Positions 10,290 through 21,100 of a stretch of DNA of 64,000 bases are shown here, one piece after another. The position numbers were made by a program, and so were the translations under genes. Below the pieces are notes generated by a model. That model was not told the DNA's origin, ran no database searches, and saw only the letters and a program-made list of their open reading frames with translations. Source of the DNA: Gemmatimonadota bacterium (lineage in GTDB: Bacteria; JBHIER01; G020348925); contig CP070758.1 in NCBI GenBank assembly GCA_020348925.1, forward strand, positions 1,896,030 to 1,960,029. Direction: 5' to 3'. How positions within the stretch are numbered: the stretch's first letter is position 1; every line of letters begins with the position of its first letter.

Positions 10290-11159
10290 TCAGTTCAAAA
10301 GAGGGATGCGCTGTTTTCCCTCAGGGCAGATGGTGGCGAAGTTGCATTCACGACACCTCCGGTCGGCAGGATCGGGAGGGAAATCGGTCTCGGTTTGCAC
10401 GGCCAACATCTCCTTGGCACGGGTCGCAATGGACTCTTTCAGCTCTTCCAGTTGGTCCTGTGTTTTTACAATTGCGTGTGACTCACCACTGCGGAGGAAG
10501 ACCAGCTCGGCTGAAACCTGAGCCGCCGGCACTGAGAAGCGATCAATGGCCCACAGAATATACACGCCCATCTGCTCGTCAGCGTTGCTGTCGAGCCACC
10601 GTTCATCACCGGTCTTCCAATCGGTGATGACGGTCTTCTCCTCATCGGTCTGCGTGATGAGATCGACCTGAACCCACACTTTCGTCTGTCTCACTTGAAA
10701 AGAGTTGAGCCGTTCGTATTCGAGGAGTCTCCTCTCTCTATAGTCAGGCCAAATGATGCTGAAGAAATTATCCAACTGCTTGAGACCGTCGGATCTGGCG
10801 GCCTCAAACTGGTCGTCACTCAGCGTCAGACCGTTAACAGTCTCGGTGATTATGGTCTTGGGATGCTGTTTGATCTCCTCAACCTGTTGGATGAAATATT
10901 TTCGCGCCCCATCCTCCAAGAGAGGTTTGTTCCGGCTGTGCAGGGCCATCTGGTTCCTGATCACCTCGTGAATCAATTCCCCTTTCCAGAAGATGAATTT
11001 TTTAATTTTGGATAGCCGTTGCAATCTCTCCCGTTTCGGATCCCCGGGGAATCCCTCCCATTTCCCGATGTACTGGTAATAATAGGCCAGTTTACACTCA
11101 TCCCAGAGGACCTGTCTCGTTTTGGACCAGCCGAACATCTTTCGCCAGTAAGTATTCAT
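10290..11159 (-). CDS. PD-(D/E)XK nuclease, Cas4/AddB-like with 4-Cys cluster
   Basis: DECKLAYYY, GELIHE, VDLI...ITDWKTG, QMGVY, CRECNFATICP. Confidence 0.85.
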   Translation of the reverse strand: MNTYWRKMFGWSKTRQVLWDECKLAYYYQYIGKWEGFPGDPKRERLQRLSKIKKFIFWKGELIHEVIRNQMALHSRNKPLLEDGARKYFIQQVEEIKQHPKTIITETVNGLTLSDDQFEAARSDGLKQLDNFFSIIWPDYRERRLLEYERLNSFQVRQTKVWVQVDLITQTDEEKTVITDWKTGDERWLDSNADEQMGVYILWAIDRFSVPAAQVSAELVFLRSGESHAIVKTQDQLEELKESIATRAKEMLAVQTETDFPPDPADRRCRECNFATICPEGKQRIPLLN

Positions 11160-11172
11160 CAACAATACTCTT

Positions 11173-12789
11173 TTATCGTTCAGATTTGACCGGCACGTAC
11201 CTGACTTCAAGGAACGGGATCAGATCTCCAACTTTCACCTTCGATACCCTTTCGGGTCCGCCCACATCAATGGGGGCTGAAGCCAGTTGATACTCCATGC
11301 TTGGCCAGTGATGAACCTCGACGTTGATCGTGTATGTTCCGTCCTGGACCCCACGCCCATCGTGATCCGTCGCATCCCAAATATAGGAATGCCAGCCAGC
11401 CGCTATGCTGGCACCGGTCGTGGCATCCGTCTCAAAATCTGAGGCTTCGGCCCATTTCGTCAGGACAATCTGACTGGCCCCCACATGTCCTGAAAAACCA
11501 GACACATAGAGCGTTTTCACAAAATTTTTCCCCTCATCCTCCACCCAGACAGCAGTCTGAGGCTGCAGCTCGGTCTCAAACCCGATGGCGAATCGGACGA
11601 CGACGATCGGTCCTGGATAGTGACTGATATCGATGGTGCTTTCCTGGGGTGTCATCTCCTCGAAAACCATTTGAACGGCCTCTGACTCCGGATAACTCGT
11701 GATCAATTCCTCCCACACAGACAGTCCTTTGCGATGATAAGCCGATCCGAGGGCGTACAATGCCTTGGACTTGAGCTCATCGGAGGATGCCGTTTCAATG
11801 ACCGTCTTAAGATCATCAATGGCTTGATCGGTCTTTTCCATAAATGATGGGAGCTGCGCGCCAAGCATGCCTCTCAGAAACCGGATCTCCGGGTCATCAG
11901 GGGCCATGGCCACGGCCTCATCGACCGTCTGATACCCTTCCAGGGCAGAGTTCGTTCTCAGATCGGTATCTGTGGCGATCCGTTCATCGTACCCTTCACC
12001 GGCCAGCGATGCGCATGCCAATCCCAACCAGGCCTTGGCCTTGGCGTTCGTCGGTTCCGCTGCCATAACCTTCTCCAGGAGCTCCACCGCTTTCTCAGGT
12101 GCTCCTTTTTCAATGTAATCTATTGCAGCATCGAGATCGCCTCTCGATTTTTTCGGTACTCCTTCATCTTCAATTCTCTGCTGTGGGAGCTCCGAGGTCA
12201 ACTTTTTGAGTTGGGATTGCGCCTCCCGTGCCATGTCCGAATCAGGAGCACGCCGGACTACCTCTGTCCAAACCTTTTTCGCCTCATCCTTTTGACCCTT
12301 TTTAGAGTATCCCGTACCGAGAAGGTTGTACGTCTGAATTACAATATCGTCCGGAACACTCTTCGGCTCCGCCTCGGCGATGTCAAGAACAGTGTTCAGA
12401 TCTCCGATCCCCCGGTCGAGTTTGCCCAGAAAAGCGGGGACCATCACGCCCATGAGCCCCCTGAAGAATCTGGCCATGACGTGGAGCGAATCAAGGGCGA
12501 CGGCTTTATCCAGATGTTCAAAAGCTTTCCCTGATCTCGCTGCTTTGATCATCATATCGTCCGACTCTCCCGCGCTCTGACCGAGATATCCACCCAGCCA
12601 GGCGTGGGCCGTGGGATCGTTGGGAAACTCCTCGATGGCTTTTTCCATTACCGTGATGGCAGCCTCAATATCGCCGGTCCGGGCTTTTCCCTCGGCCTGC
12701 TGGACGTATTCGCCGACGGTTTGAGCGCCTACAAAGTTACAGAGTAAAAAGCTTAACGCCATACTGAGTATCATCTTAAATAAATTCAC
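11173..12789 (-). CDS. Secreted TPR-repeat protein with C-terminal DUF2271-like domain
   Basis: Signal peptide; two duplicated TPR blocks; PQTAVWVEDEGKNFVKTLYV...DATTGAS...WDATDHDG; RBS AAGGAGG before GTG. Confidence 0.8.
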   Translation of the reverse strand: MNLFKMILSMALSFLLCNFVGAQTVGEYVQQAEGKARTGDIEAAITVMEKAIEEFPNDPTAHAWLGGYLGQSAGESDDMMIKAARSGKAFEHLDKAVALDSLHVMARFFRGLMGVMVPAFLGKLDRGIGDLNTVLDIAEAEPKSVPDDIVIQTYNLLGTGYSKKGQKDEAKKVWTEVVRRAPDSDMAREAQSQLKKLTSELPQQRIEDEGVPKKSRGDLDAAIDYIEKGAPEKAVELLEKVMAAEPTNAKAKAWLGLACASLAGEGYDERIATDTDLRTNSALEGYQTVDEAVAMAPDDPEIRFLRGMLGAQLPSFMEKTDQAIDDLKTVIETASSDELKSKALYALGSAYHRKGLSVWEELITSYPESEAVQMVFEEMTPQESTIDISHYPGPIVVVRFAIGFETELQPQTAVWVEDEGKNFVKTLYVSGFSGHVGASQIVLTKWAEASDFETDATTGASIAAGWHSYIWDATDHDGRGVQDGTYTINVEVHHWPSMEYQLASAPIDVGGPERVSKVKVGDLIPFLEVRYVPVKSER

Positions 12790-12933
12790 AATACCTCCTT
12801 ACGGAGAAAGAGTGATACAGAAACAGAAATTCTTCCCCTCATGAAATTTATGCGCCTTTTAAATATATTGCAGGTACTCAATAGAATACTACTCTCCTCA
12901 GCGTCTGTCAATCAAAAAATTGCCGGATCATAG

Positions 12934-12968
12934 AAAAAGCCGCCGAGTTTGGTCGCAACCCGGCGGCT
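12934..12968 (-). terminator. Rho-independent terminator
   Basis: Minus strand AGCCGCCGGG-ttgcgaccaaa-CTCGGCGGCT followed by a T-run. Confidence 0.65.
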
Positions 12969-13074
12969 CCTCCGTTCAATTGTAAAGTTCTCTTGCTCTT
13001 GGACTTTTCGACACTTTTCGAAAATCCGTGGACTTTACGAACTGATCGGTCAGTGTCTCCTCCATCCGGTTCAC

Positions 13075-13320
13075 AATTGCTGTGGGACCGACCTCCCACA
13101 GATCGTGAGTCTGCGAGAGGCCGGTCGGTCCGGCATGATACCGGACAGGAGTTTCTCCTCTTCCTCAGAAACGTTCCGATCCCATCGAGACACTGCGTCT
13201 CTCATGTTTGTTAGTATCGACCCCATCATTGGATTCGGTTGGATCCCTTGCCTCCGCAAGGGCAGGCTCTGGTCCGTTTTGTGGTTATGTCCGTTGGACC
13301 GTTGGTCCGTCCGCCCGGTC
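13075..13320. repeat. Cluster of REP-like palindromes
   Basis: Hairpins ctgtggga/tcccacag, ggaccgacc/ggtcggtcc, gtccgg/ccggac, gagac/gtctc, cccttgc/gcaaggg, ggacc/ggtcc. Confidence 0.5.
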
Positions 13321-13498
13321 TTCTATTCTAATAGTTGCAAAAATGTTCAAAATATCAAAAAAATTTCAACAGTAGAGGGGGTAAGAAGGTATAAGAGGGC
13401 CTAAGATGACTTAAGAAGGCTTGATAAGGTTACAAAGGCAACATTTCTTCTCATCCCTTGGTGTCCACAATTCACATCATTCATAAACACCTCAACCC

Positions 13499-13528
13499 CC
13501 TCCCGCAGGTCTTTCAACCTGCGGGAGG
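13499..13528. terminator. Perfect 12-bp hairpin (terminator or REP) downstream of the 13642-17604 gene
   Basis: cctcccgcaggt-ctttca-acctgcgggagg. Confidence 0.55.
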
Positions 13529-13641
13529 TTTCTTTAGATCCTTCACTTCGCTCCCCGAGATTGCGCCCGGGGCAGGCAGGACATGCTTTTCGACTCTTCG
13601 ACTTTTCAACTCAGCAACTCAGTAACTTTGCAACTTGGTTG

Positions 13642-16600
13642 TCATTTCATCAACACCATACGCCTGGTGGCGGTGATGCCAGCAGCCGTCAGACGGTAGA
13701 AATAGACTCCGCTCGAGACTTCGTTGCCATACTGATCCCGGCCATCCCATGTCACCGTGTAATACCCAGGCTCGCGAACCTCATCCACCAACGTCCGCAC
13801 CTCCTGCCCAAGAATGTTGTAGATCTTCAGGGTGGTGTGGTGTGGAGATCTACTATCTGCTATCTGGTATCTGATATCTGTCGATGGGTTAAACGGATTG
13901 GGATAGTTCTGCCTCAGGCTGTAAGAAGCTGGAACCAGTTTGTAGGCGATATCCATAGTCTCCAGCGGAATGACTCCGGCGGCTACGAGACGGTTGTTGT
14001 TGATCTCATCGCAAACCGTTTTTGCCGTTTCATGGTCACCTTCCTGATCGTCGATTAGGTTGTCACTATAGGTTATCGCCTGAGACGCCGTGGCTTTATC
14101 TTCACTGATAACCTCCGTCAGGCTGATATACTCAGCGGCCACATTGAGCAGCAAAGCCATTAGCTGCTGTTTGGCCCGAGACGTCATGTCGACGTTGCCC
14201 TTAAGATTCAACAGGCCTTTCAGCACCTCAAGTTTGTCATCACATAAACCTGAAGCTGGCGCCTCATAGACGACAACCTGATTAATCGCATTGCTGTTGA
14301 AGTGGACCTCAATCAGGTCAAGATAATCACACAGAGTAACCGCATCGACCCGGGCATTGCCTTTCCCGCCCAGGGCGACACCAACCTGGTGTTTCCAAAA
14401 TCCGATGCTTCTGGGATTGGCAATAATGTCTACGCTGGTAAGCGTCAAATCGACAATTACTGTTTCTCCACGGATGACCGTAGTAAAGATCTCATCTGCT
14501 GTTGCACTATATCCAAGAGGCGTCACAATGGTTATGATGTAATCTCCCACAGGCAAATTATCGATCTGGTAGTACCCATTACTGTCCGTGACAGCAGTCC
14601 CGACCAGATCACCAGTGAACTCCTCGTATGCGTCAATATTGATACTCACACCCAAGAGTCCTGTGTTGGGTTCTGGACTGTCAGCAGTCACATGGCCGGC
14701 GACCGACCCAACGTACACGGGAGATACTTTCTCCAGAGTCAACAACGCCCATTCTGTAGACAGTATCAGCAACTCGTCTCCCCACTGGTCCTGGGGCCAA
14801 GAACCATCATCGTTCTGGCTGCACGTGATGAAATCGACAAGCTCTTGGAACCAGTCTCTTTCAATATCATCAACCCAGATGGCATCGATATTCAGGCTCT
14901 CAAAGCCCTTCATTAGGCAGTACATCGCCTGGTAATTGCCTAACCATCCATGTGAGTGGATTGTATCCCAGTGACGCTCGATGTAGTCAAGGGCATCTAT
15001 GACTCTCTGGGTCGAGACATCATCTCCCACAAACGCCATCTCGAACAGCAAATTGCCCGTTTCGAGGAGATTGCACCAATCATATTCCGGCCTATAATAG
15101 GAACCACCATCGGTTTCATTCCCATCGACCGGGTCTTGTATAGTGTTGATCCATACGTCCAGCTCGGTCTTGACGAAAGAGGGGATGGTGCAATTAAACC
15201 CGTATTGCTCGGACTCAGCATAACGGAGACCAAGGACAGCATAGCCGGAGTTTGAGTTATCGCTGTAATACTCGTCGTTCTCTTGGTGGTTCTCAACATA
15301 GCCCCAGCCACCACGAGCTGGACCCTCATCGTTTTGACCGAAGGCAAAGTAGTCCACGGTATTCTGAAGGACCTTCTTGTACGTCCACCCATTCACAGCA
15401 CCGGGAGCCGTTACTGTCATCTCGGGATACCTGCTGCCAGCTATGGCCATCATGGCGATGCTCGTCTCGTAGGTGTGATACCTAACGTCCCAAATGCTGA
15501 TCGCCGAGCCGTCACCTTCGCTATCCGGGTCGCCGGCGGGCTGAATTCCGATCTCCACAGGATGCGCCATGCTGAACAAGTAATTCAACCCAGCTATGAC
15601 GTTTGAGCTGTATACATACTCCTCCGAGAAGGGATCATATCCCATCTCAAAGGCTCGATCCTCCAACTTGAGCACAGCAAAAGCGGTCTTGGCCACGTGG
15701 TTTCCTTCCAAACAGGGCCAGGAGCCGTCAGGATTCTGCTGGGCCACCAGCCAGGCAAAGCCGTCTTGAATCGACTGCTCCTTGTCCCTTGAGACAAAGA
15801 CGTCCCACTGATCCAGAGCCGCATCGATCATGTTGCGATAGAAATTGATCCAGTCATACTCTGGTTCCAGCCAGTCGAGGGACAGCACATCGAAGGGCAG
15901 AAAGACAGTGTTGAAACCGCTGCCCTCCACGTGGACACCGCAGTCATTGCCAGTCTGAGGATCAGTGAAGCAGACGCTGCCGGCGGCATTGGCCGTCAGG
16001 TTGTCAATCCAGTTTTGCTGGCCGATCTCATAGACCGGATTATAGAGCAACTGCCCAGCGTGAGCGCACAGATCGCCGTAATATGGATCGGTGCACACCG
16101 GATTGATGGGATAGGGATCGGTACTACCGCCGCCTACTTCTTGCGGTCCTAAGGTGGACAGACCGAGGTAGTCGTATTCGAAATCGTTGGGCCCAAAATC
16201 GGTGTCCAGGCAGTCGTACCACCAGCACCCGTAGCCCTGGGAGCTGAGGAAAAAGTTATGCGGGCTGTCAGGGGTGCCGGCTGCCAACCAGTCGCCAATG
16301 ACATCAATTGGCAAGCCCGACGCTGGATAGGAGCCCTCGGCCACGATGATGGTCTCATACAAGGGGACAACTTCAACCAGTAAAGGGCCGTAGGTAGGGA
16401 CATGCCAGCTATCGTAAGGATAAGGGAACCCACATGCATCAACAGTATTTAGCATGTAATAGGAGTCAATCCCGTCGGGAAAATCTTCGGAGTTGTAGAC
16501 CAGCAATATGGTCTCCCTAAACTCCCAGATGTAGTAGTTATACGTCAGGGTCATGGAGGTATTGCCCTCAACATCCTCAGCCGAGTAATAGTAGTTCACC

Positions 16601-17604
16601 ATATCGCCTGGCGAGAAACCAGGAATCTGGCCGCACCATTCGTCACCCACCTGGGTCAGCTCGGCCTGTCCATAGAACTCTCCCCAGGTGCCATAGTGGA
16701 CATAAACACGGGCCACACCGGCTGGACCGCCACTGCAATTGACATCCGTCACCGAAACGCAGACATCCCGTGGATCGGTGCTCACTGTAGTCGTAAGGAT
16801 AGTCCGGTCGCCGAAGTCCGGCGGGATATCGCCGAGTATCTCCGCGACGACTTCGTACCACAAGACATAGCTTCGCAAAAACCAACCAGGGTCACCTGTT
16901 GGACTGTATTGCGCATTTTCTGGAGCATAGTACTTGAAGAAACAGTGGGTACCACCGTACGGCGCTTCACTCGCAAAACCCCAACCAGCGGTCCGCTGAT
17001 ACCTGAGACTGACGCAGAAGTTATCGCCGGCTGAAAACTCAAGAGGGGTGGACAGGTCAATGGTAAACCATTGCCCGCTGTCAGCCGCAGTAATAGCCTG
17101 GGGAAACGGGCCTGCTAAATGGGCACCCAGGGGTGTTGTCAGCCCCGTCGGATGGGTCCCACCTGACAACCACCCGTCGCCATCCACCGCATCACCGCTG
17201 TAGCCGGAATAGGGTGTCTCAAAGATATCAACAATCACGTTACCTACCATGTTCATGGGCATGAATCGGGCGGCCAGCACCTTCATATCCCCCGGCGCCT
17301 GAAACCAGATAGCCCCCGAATCGTTGTCACTAAATCCAAAGTTGACGGCGGGATTGTCCAACGTCCGCTTGGTCAGTATCCGGTTACACCCATCCGTGCT
17401 GACTTCTCCTCCTCCGATCACCTTGGGTGCCGGTGCAGATGGTTGCCCCTTCACCCATCTAACATCTCTGTTCGCCATTTTGGCCTTCTGCAATTCATCC
17501 ATATCAACGGATGTCAGAGACACAATCTTGCCTGCGCCGACCATATTTGAAAGGAGAAGTGTGACGGAGAAAAGAGTCAACGCGAAAATAACGAATCTTT
17601 TCAT
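13642..17604 (-). CDS. Large secreted protein: N-terminal beta domains, prenyltransferase/squalene-cyclase-like QW-repeat barrel, carboxypeptidase-regulatory-like domain, FlgD/T9SS-like CTD
   Basis: Signal peptide MKRFVIF; QQNPDGSW, QNDEGPARGGWGY, QNDDGSW; TDSNGYYQIDNLPVGDY; LRQNYPNPFNPST...WDGRD...SSGVYFYRL; RBS GGAGGTG. Confidence 0.82.
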   Translation of the reverse strand: MKRFVIFALTLFSVTLLLSNMVGAGKIVSLTSVDMDELQKAKMANRDVRWVKGQPSAPAPKVIGGGEVSTDGCNRILTKRTLDNPAVNFGFSDNDSGAIWFQAPGDMKVLAARFMPMNMVGNVIVDIFETPYSGYSGDAVDGDGWLSGGTHPTGLTTPLGAHLAGPFPQAITAADSGQWFTIDLSTPLEFSAGDNFCVSLRYQRTAGWGFASEAPYGGTHCFFKYYAPENAQYSPTGDPGWFLRSYVLWYEVVAEILGDIPPDFGDRTILTTTVSTDPRDVCVSVTDVNCSGGPAGVARVYVHYGTWGEFYGQAELTQVGDEWCGQIPGFSPGDMVNYYYSAEDVEGNTSMTLTYNYYIWEFRETILLVYNSEDFPDGIDSYYMLNTVDACGFPYPYDSWHVPTYGPLLVEVVPLYETIIVAEGSYPASGLPIDVIGDWLAAGTPDSPHNFFLSSQGYGCWWYDCLDTDFGPNDFEYDYLGLSTLGPQEVGGGSTDPYPINPVCTDPYYGDLCAHAGQLLYNPVYEIGQQNWIDNLTANAAGSVCFTDPQTGNDCGVHVEGSGFNTVFLPFDVLSLDWLEPEYDWINFYRNMIDAALDQWDVFVSRDKEQSIQDGFAWLVAQQNPDGSWPCLEGNHVAKTAFAVLKLEDRAFEMGYDPFSEEYVYSSNVIAGLNYLFSMAHPVEIGIQPAGDPDSEGDGSAISIWDVRYHTYETSIAMMAIAGSRYPEMTVTAPGAVNGWTYKKVLQNTVDYFAFGQNDEGPARGGWGYVENHQENDEYYSDNSNSGYAVLGLRYAESEQYGFNCTIPSFVKTELDVWINTIQDPVDGNETDGGSYYRPEYDWCNLLETGNLLFEMAFVGDDVSTQRVIDALDYIERHWDTIHSHGWLGNYQAMYCLMKGFESLNIDAIWVDDIERDWFQELVDFITCSQNDDGSWPQDQWGDELLILSTEWALLTLEKVSPVYVGSVAGHVTADSPEPNTGLLGVSINIDAYEEFTGDLVGTAVTDSNGYYQIDNLPVGDYIITIVTPLGYSATADEIFTTVIRGETVIVDLTLTSVDIIANPRSIGFWKHQVGVALGGKGNARVDAVTLCDYLDLIEVHFNSNAINQVVVYEAPASGLCDDKLEVLKGLLNLKGNVDMTSRAKQQLMALLLNVAAEYISLTEVISEDKATASQAITYSDNLIDDQEGDHETAKTVCDEINNNRLVAAGVIPLETMDIAYKLVPASYSLRQNYPNPFNPSTDIRYQIADSRSPHHTTLKIYNILGQEVRTLVDEVREPGYYTVTWDGRDQYGNEVSSGVYFYRLTAAGITATRRMVLMK

Positions 17605-18049
17605 TGAATCCACCTCCTTCAAAAACTCATCGTTGACCAATGAGTAAGAATTTCACCGGTCCCGAAGATTCAATGTAAGTGTGAAAATCTATATACACAA
17701 ACCTCCTCTGCTTTGAGATGTTTTATAATCCCCCCTTTCCCATCTCTGGATTGAAGCAGATTTGGAATGATTGATTTGTGTTCGAAATTTTTCATATGCT
17801 ATCGAATATCACAGTTATGGGATTTCCTCTAACAGTTTCAGAATCTGCGAGAGGTCATTCTGACCGTTCATATACAGAAACAACATGTCCCTTATTTCCC
17901 CGAGAAATTTCGTAAAAAATCCTTTGATCGAACTTAGCTCGCTTTGCTCGCAACGTTCCCAATCCCGAAGGCTTTCGGGATTGGGCGGATTTCGATGCTC
18001 CGCCAGCTCACATCGAAATCCTGTTACCCCTTGGGGGAAAGTACATCTT

Positions 18050-18149
18050 NNNNNNNNNNNNNNNNNNNNNNNNNNNNNNNNNNNNNNNNNNNNNNNNNNN
18101 NNNNNNNNNNNNNNNNNNNNNNNNNNNNNNNNNNNNNNNNNNNNNNNNN
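18050..18149. other. Assembly gap (100 N)
   Basis: N run. Confidence 0.99.
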
Positions 18150-21100
18150 GAATCCCCGAACCCCCGATGCCCCCCCACAAAACCGGATAAAATAAAGCCT
18201 CCACCGGCATGAAAAACCCCCAACGCGCCAACCCCAAAAAGAACTTCGGATAGGCGCTGTTGGATACCTCATTTACCACCCTGGCCCACACATCGTAGGG
18301 CACATTCTCACACGGGTAGCGCGGACTCCAGCGAATAGCCCGCGCATGCACCGGCTGCACCCGACGCCCGTCCGGCCCCACGTAGATCCGCTCCGGATAG
18401 GGCAGAAACTCGATCTCCACCTCACCCCACTCGCCATCGCATTTGAACCCCCGCACCCTCATGATCACAGGATCCTCCGGCTCCTGTCCGTCCGGCCAGA
18501 CCGTCACGTACACACTGTCCCTGTCCGAAGGAGTTCCGAAAGGCTGCAGAACCAGAAGGGTCTCGCTCAATGTAACCTCCCATCCTACAGGGACATCTTC
18601 AAGAAACAGGGCGACCGTTAGAGGCATACCGGTATCGTTCCATACCGGAATCGCAATCGGTTTCAAATTCCACCGCACCGGCTCATGATCCCACGGCTCA
18701 TCCGGCCAGACCGTCATCCGACACCGACGACTGAAATACCGCACATCCGGATCGTCAAAACAGAAGTTCATATCCCGGTTCCAGGATATCAACAGGTTTC
18801 TCGCCCACCAGTTCTTCTCGTCAGAAAAATGATGATACCCGCATTCGCACACCACGGTATCGGCTCCGTCTCCTGTAACGGAAGCGGAACTCACACAGTA
18901 AGGTTCCGCCCCAACAGGAGGCATTGTGAATAGTCCCCACGGAGCGTCATAAAATTCGACAAATACGGACGCACTGGTCTCACAGGTGTTATGGAAGATG
19001 GCCTGAACCGCATAATCATCGCACACGCACGGATACGCACCACGGTACGGATGGCTCCACGTAATATCCTGTTCCTGTAACTCGATACACCCGGCATCGT
19101 ATTCCAGGCACGCCCTCACCATGTACTCATATCCGGCAAAACACTTCCACATCCCCTGCTCCGCATTGTAGATCCACGAAGCGCTTGCAACGTGACCGGC
19201 ATCGGCCAAGATCCTGGGCCGATCCCTCCCCGCCTTCATCGTCCACACCACGTAGAAACAGCTCTTGGCCGGAATCTGAAGACACACGCTATCCCCCAAA
19301 ACCACCCTCTCCCAATCCCAATTCCCCATGAAACCACCCGAGTCAAATGCACCCAACAACTCGCCCAACGGTCCCTCACCCCTGCCGAGAGGCTCACACA
19401 CAGGACACGGCCCCTCAGGACCGAGATGAACCGACAGATCCACAGAACCGGGATCGTACCACTGAAAAGAGATCGACGTCAACCGGGCCTGGCCCAGAGG
19501 ATTGTAGAAACCCACGGCATAACTGTCCTGATCCGCGTACTGGGGACTGCTGCCAACGAGAAAATCGTCGGCAGTGCCCATCAAATTATTCTGGAGACAC
19601 GTGTCCCCCCAGGCCACCGCACAGGGATACAGCCAGGGAACATAATCCACATTCGCAGAAGGGGGTAAAATGAGTTCACCCTGGCCCAGAGGATTGTTAT
19701 CGTGCTGGGGGCCGGTGCAGGAATCCCAGTAATTGTTCTCAGCGTCGACGACGCCGTCGTGAGCCACCACCTCAACGGCCACCCTGCACGTATTATTATT
19801 GAAATGACATTGGTTGACAGCACATCCGGAAATGGATCCGCCTGAGATGTGAGGTCCCAGCAGCAGAGCCGGACTGCAATTCGTGAACTCAAATCCTACG
19901 ATGGTTATATTGTTTGCCTGAACCGTAATCCCCGGTCCACCTCCACCGTCGATGATGGGCTTTGATCCGGCTTCAAGAGTCAGACCATCCTTCGTCAGCA
20001 CGATCCCACCTCCGTATAGTCCGTCGTAGACAACCACTGTACCGCCGGTCTCCACGGCATCGTGGCCGTTCTGGATGGTATCGAAGCCATTCCATCCCTT
20101 GAGGATGTCCTCTCCTGAGCGGCCCTTGCCGAGGTGCGTTCCCCACACCTCATCGGCCCAGTCGTCGTCGACATAGACCATTGCGTACGCAACCTCGACC
20201 CCCTGAGAAACAGGAAATCCGCACGAACCTGCCCCCTCATCTCCGGGTACATCAAAACCGAGTTTTGTACGGTACCGTTCCACCTCGAGGGCGGCCAGGG
20301 CGTAGCCGCCTGCTTGAGTCGTACGCATGCCTGAGATCAGGGCAGACCCCACAAAGTCAGGGGGAACCTCGGGAAGGTCTTCGAAAACGACATACGTCAC
20401 CTGCTTCTGTTTCAGCCTCCAATACAGGGAATCCACCGCCAGACCGGCTTCGTCAAAGAGAAAAAGTACACAGTCCGTGTAACCGGGATTGGGATTGACG
20501 TTCTGGAGGGCGATTTCAGAGGTTATACCCGATGTATGCAAGGCTTTCCAGATCCCGGGAATAGCGATCACACCCACATCGGAAACCCAGTGAGGTGGAA
20601 GGGCATTATACGTCACGGCCTCCATGAGATACGGCGGCTGAGTCAGAGAGCCCTTGAAAAGAGTTACAACGGAAGAGATGTTCGGTGCCGACAGGGGACC
20701 GGCGGGAGTGTACGAAGCCTGTGACTCCACGCGGACCGCCCCGACGTTGAGTCCGGAAAGATCATTGAGGCGCGGCAGGGTGAAATTCTCCGATCCCCGG
20801 GGACAGACCCAATCGACCAGGGTCGTAATAATATCCCCTTCATCATCAAGGAAATAGACCTTCACCTTGGCGTTGGTCACCGGACTCAGGTTCTGAACCG
20901 TGATCGTCGTCTCCCAGCCCTGGTCTTCGCGAAACATGAGGGGTGCGTAGTTGATCGTCGAACCGGCAGTGAAGCCCGCATCAGGGACGTCTGACGGAAC
21001 GCCGGTGTGCGTCATCAAGACATCTTCGCCCACATGATCGATCACAACGCCCAGGGGTTGGGACGACCGCAACCAGGCCGAGCCCACAAAGTCCGGCCCC

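Noticed and set aside
10290-13640. CRISPR-Cas locus around the Cas4-like nuclease
   Set aside because: No regularly spaced repeat-spacer array and no other cas genes seen
17815-18049. C-terminal ~75 aa of the 3029-aa ORF
   Set aside because: It lies beyond a 100-N gap of unknown true size, so the read-through is an artefact of the ORF caller
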